DNA of 7,708 nucleotides. Origin: Zygophlyctis sp. KS116 (Eukaryota > Fungi > Chytridiomycota). The notes beneath the pieces were generated by a model that ran no database searches, had not been told where the DNA came from, and saw only the letters and a program-made list of their open reading frames with translations. The stretch lies in contig BAAFSQ010000401.1 in assembly GCA_054661495.1 (NCBI GenBank), forward strand, positions 1-7,708. The letters are read 5' to 3'. Made by a program: the position numbers and the translations under genes. Shown in pieces: positions 6,808 through 7,708 of this stretch; the first letter of the stretch is position 1, and each line of letters begins with the position of its first letter.

Positions 6808-7708
6808 ATGTCAAAATCAAAGAAACAGAAATCTTCAAGTAAAAAAGAATCCAAGATTTGGTTTCATCTCTATGACTCTGTTAATGGTCTTCCATACAAG
6901 GGAACAACTGCTGATTATGTTTCTCTTCCTTCATCAGCCGATATTGCTCAGTTCAGAAAAGCTGTTAAAGCCGAGTGTAGTAATAAACTCTCTTCTATTG
7001 ATGCTAATGATCTCTTGGTCTTTCAGAACAAGCAATCATTTGATAAGAGAGATGATGATGTAGAAAAGGTAATTTATTAGAATCTTATCTCAGGGAGTTC
7101 CACTTGATGAAGAATCTCCTGTGGATGATCTTGGAAAATCAAAACGGGATGCTCTGATTGTTGCTGTTCCGGCCAATATTACAGTAGTAACAACAGCAGT
7201 GAATCGTGATCGAAATATGCTAGATGGCTCGCCACTACATATGAGACTAATTCCAGTGGCTCCTTCTGAAATGTGTGCATCCCGTATGAAGATACTGAAA
7301 AACTGTGGATTTAATGGGACTTTTCCTTTCACTTTCAATCTTCCGGAGAAAGTAAAAATAGCCATTAATACCAAAGTTATAGACAAAGATGCTGCTGACG
7401 CAGTTGAAGCTGGTCTTTTGTTTAGTATGGTTCCTATTAAGGTTCCTGAAACTGCAGGTTCAGTTGGATATAGAAGAAATGTAGTAGCGACCACCCAAAA
7501 TGCACTTTTAAAATATCTACACAATCGTCCTTGTAATGACGCTGAAATGAAAGGGGTTAGCTTAACTAAGTTAAGTGATGTGAATGCAGCTTTTGGAATG
7601 GCAAAACAAGATGCTTTACCGGATATTATGTGTGTAGCTCAGACGAATGAAACGGCAATTGGATTAGCTGTTATAGAACTTAAAGATACAGCTGCATCTC
7701 CTTTAGAA
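6808..7708 (+). CDS. Crinkler (CRN)-like effector: ubiquitin-like N-terminal domain plus putative PD-(D/E)xK nuclease-fold domain; 3' partial
   Basis: Exon 1 is 6808-7068 and exon 2 is 7094->7708, open to the window end and absent from the ORF track. The N-terminus IWFHLYDSVNGLPYKGTTADYVSLPSSADIAQFRKAVKAECSNKLSSIDANDLLVFQNK...PLDEESPVDDLGKSKRDALIVAVP resembles the CRN header domain of chytrids, with ALIVAVP in the position of the HVLVxxP junction. Downstream is LPDIMCV...LAVIELKD. Confidence 0.8.
7069..7093 (+). other. CRN-like gene intron, 25 nt
   Basis: gtaatttattagaatcttatctcag. Removal joins DDVEK|GVPLDEES and opens a 205-codon frame. Confidence 0.9.

Noticed and set aside
7090-7524. 144-aa minus-strand ORF and the other overlapping short ORFs (756-938, 2200-2391, 4541-4864, 5276-5539, 5427-5627, 5910-6110, 6563-6838, 6872-7063)
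   Set aside because: These are antisense or off-frame shadows of real genes, or intergenic ORFs, with no recognisable motifs.

Overview
AT-rich, gene-dense eukaryotic genomic DNA, most likely from an early-diverging (chytrid-like or related zoosporic) fungus. That assignment is inferred from gene content and intron style and has not been verified. The ORF track is fragmented because the genes are split by ultra-short GT-AG introns. I can place 16 of them, all 22-32 nt. Manual splicing gives, left to right: a frame-disrupted Cys-rich, probably secreted protein gene (-, 662-1334); a 9-exon pyruvate kinase (+, 1743-3462, 497 aa); an intronless miniature Sfp1/JAZF1-like zinc-finger protein (-, 3529-3948); a 4-exon purine nucleoside phosphorylase (+, 4104-5160, 323 aa); a 4-exon divergent non-PSTAIRE cyclin-dependent kinase (-, 5238-6225, 302 aa); and a 3'-truncated Crinkler (CRN)-like effector with a PD-(D/E)xK nuclease-like motif (+, 6808->7708). 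The most notable signals are the narrow ultra-short intron system with weak splice signals, the CRN-nuclease effector and the divergent CDK.
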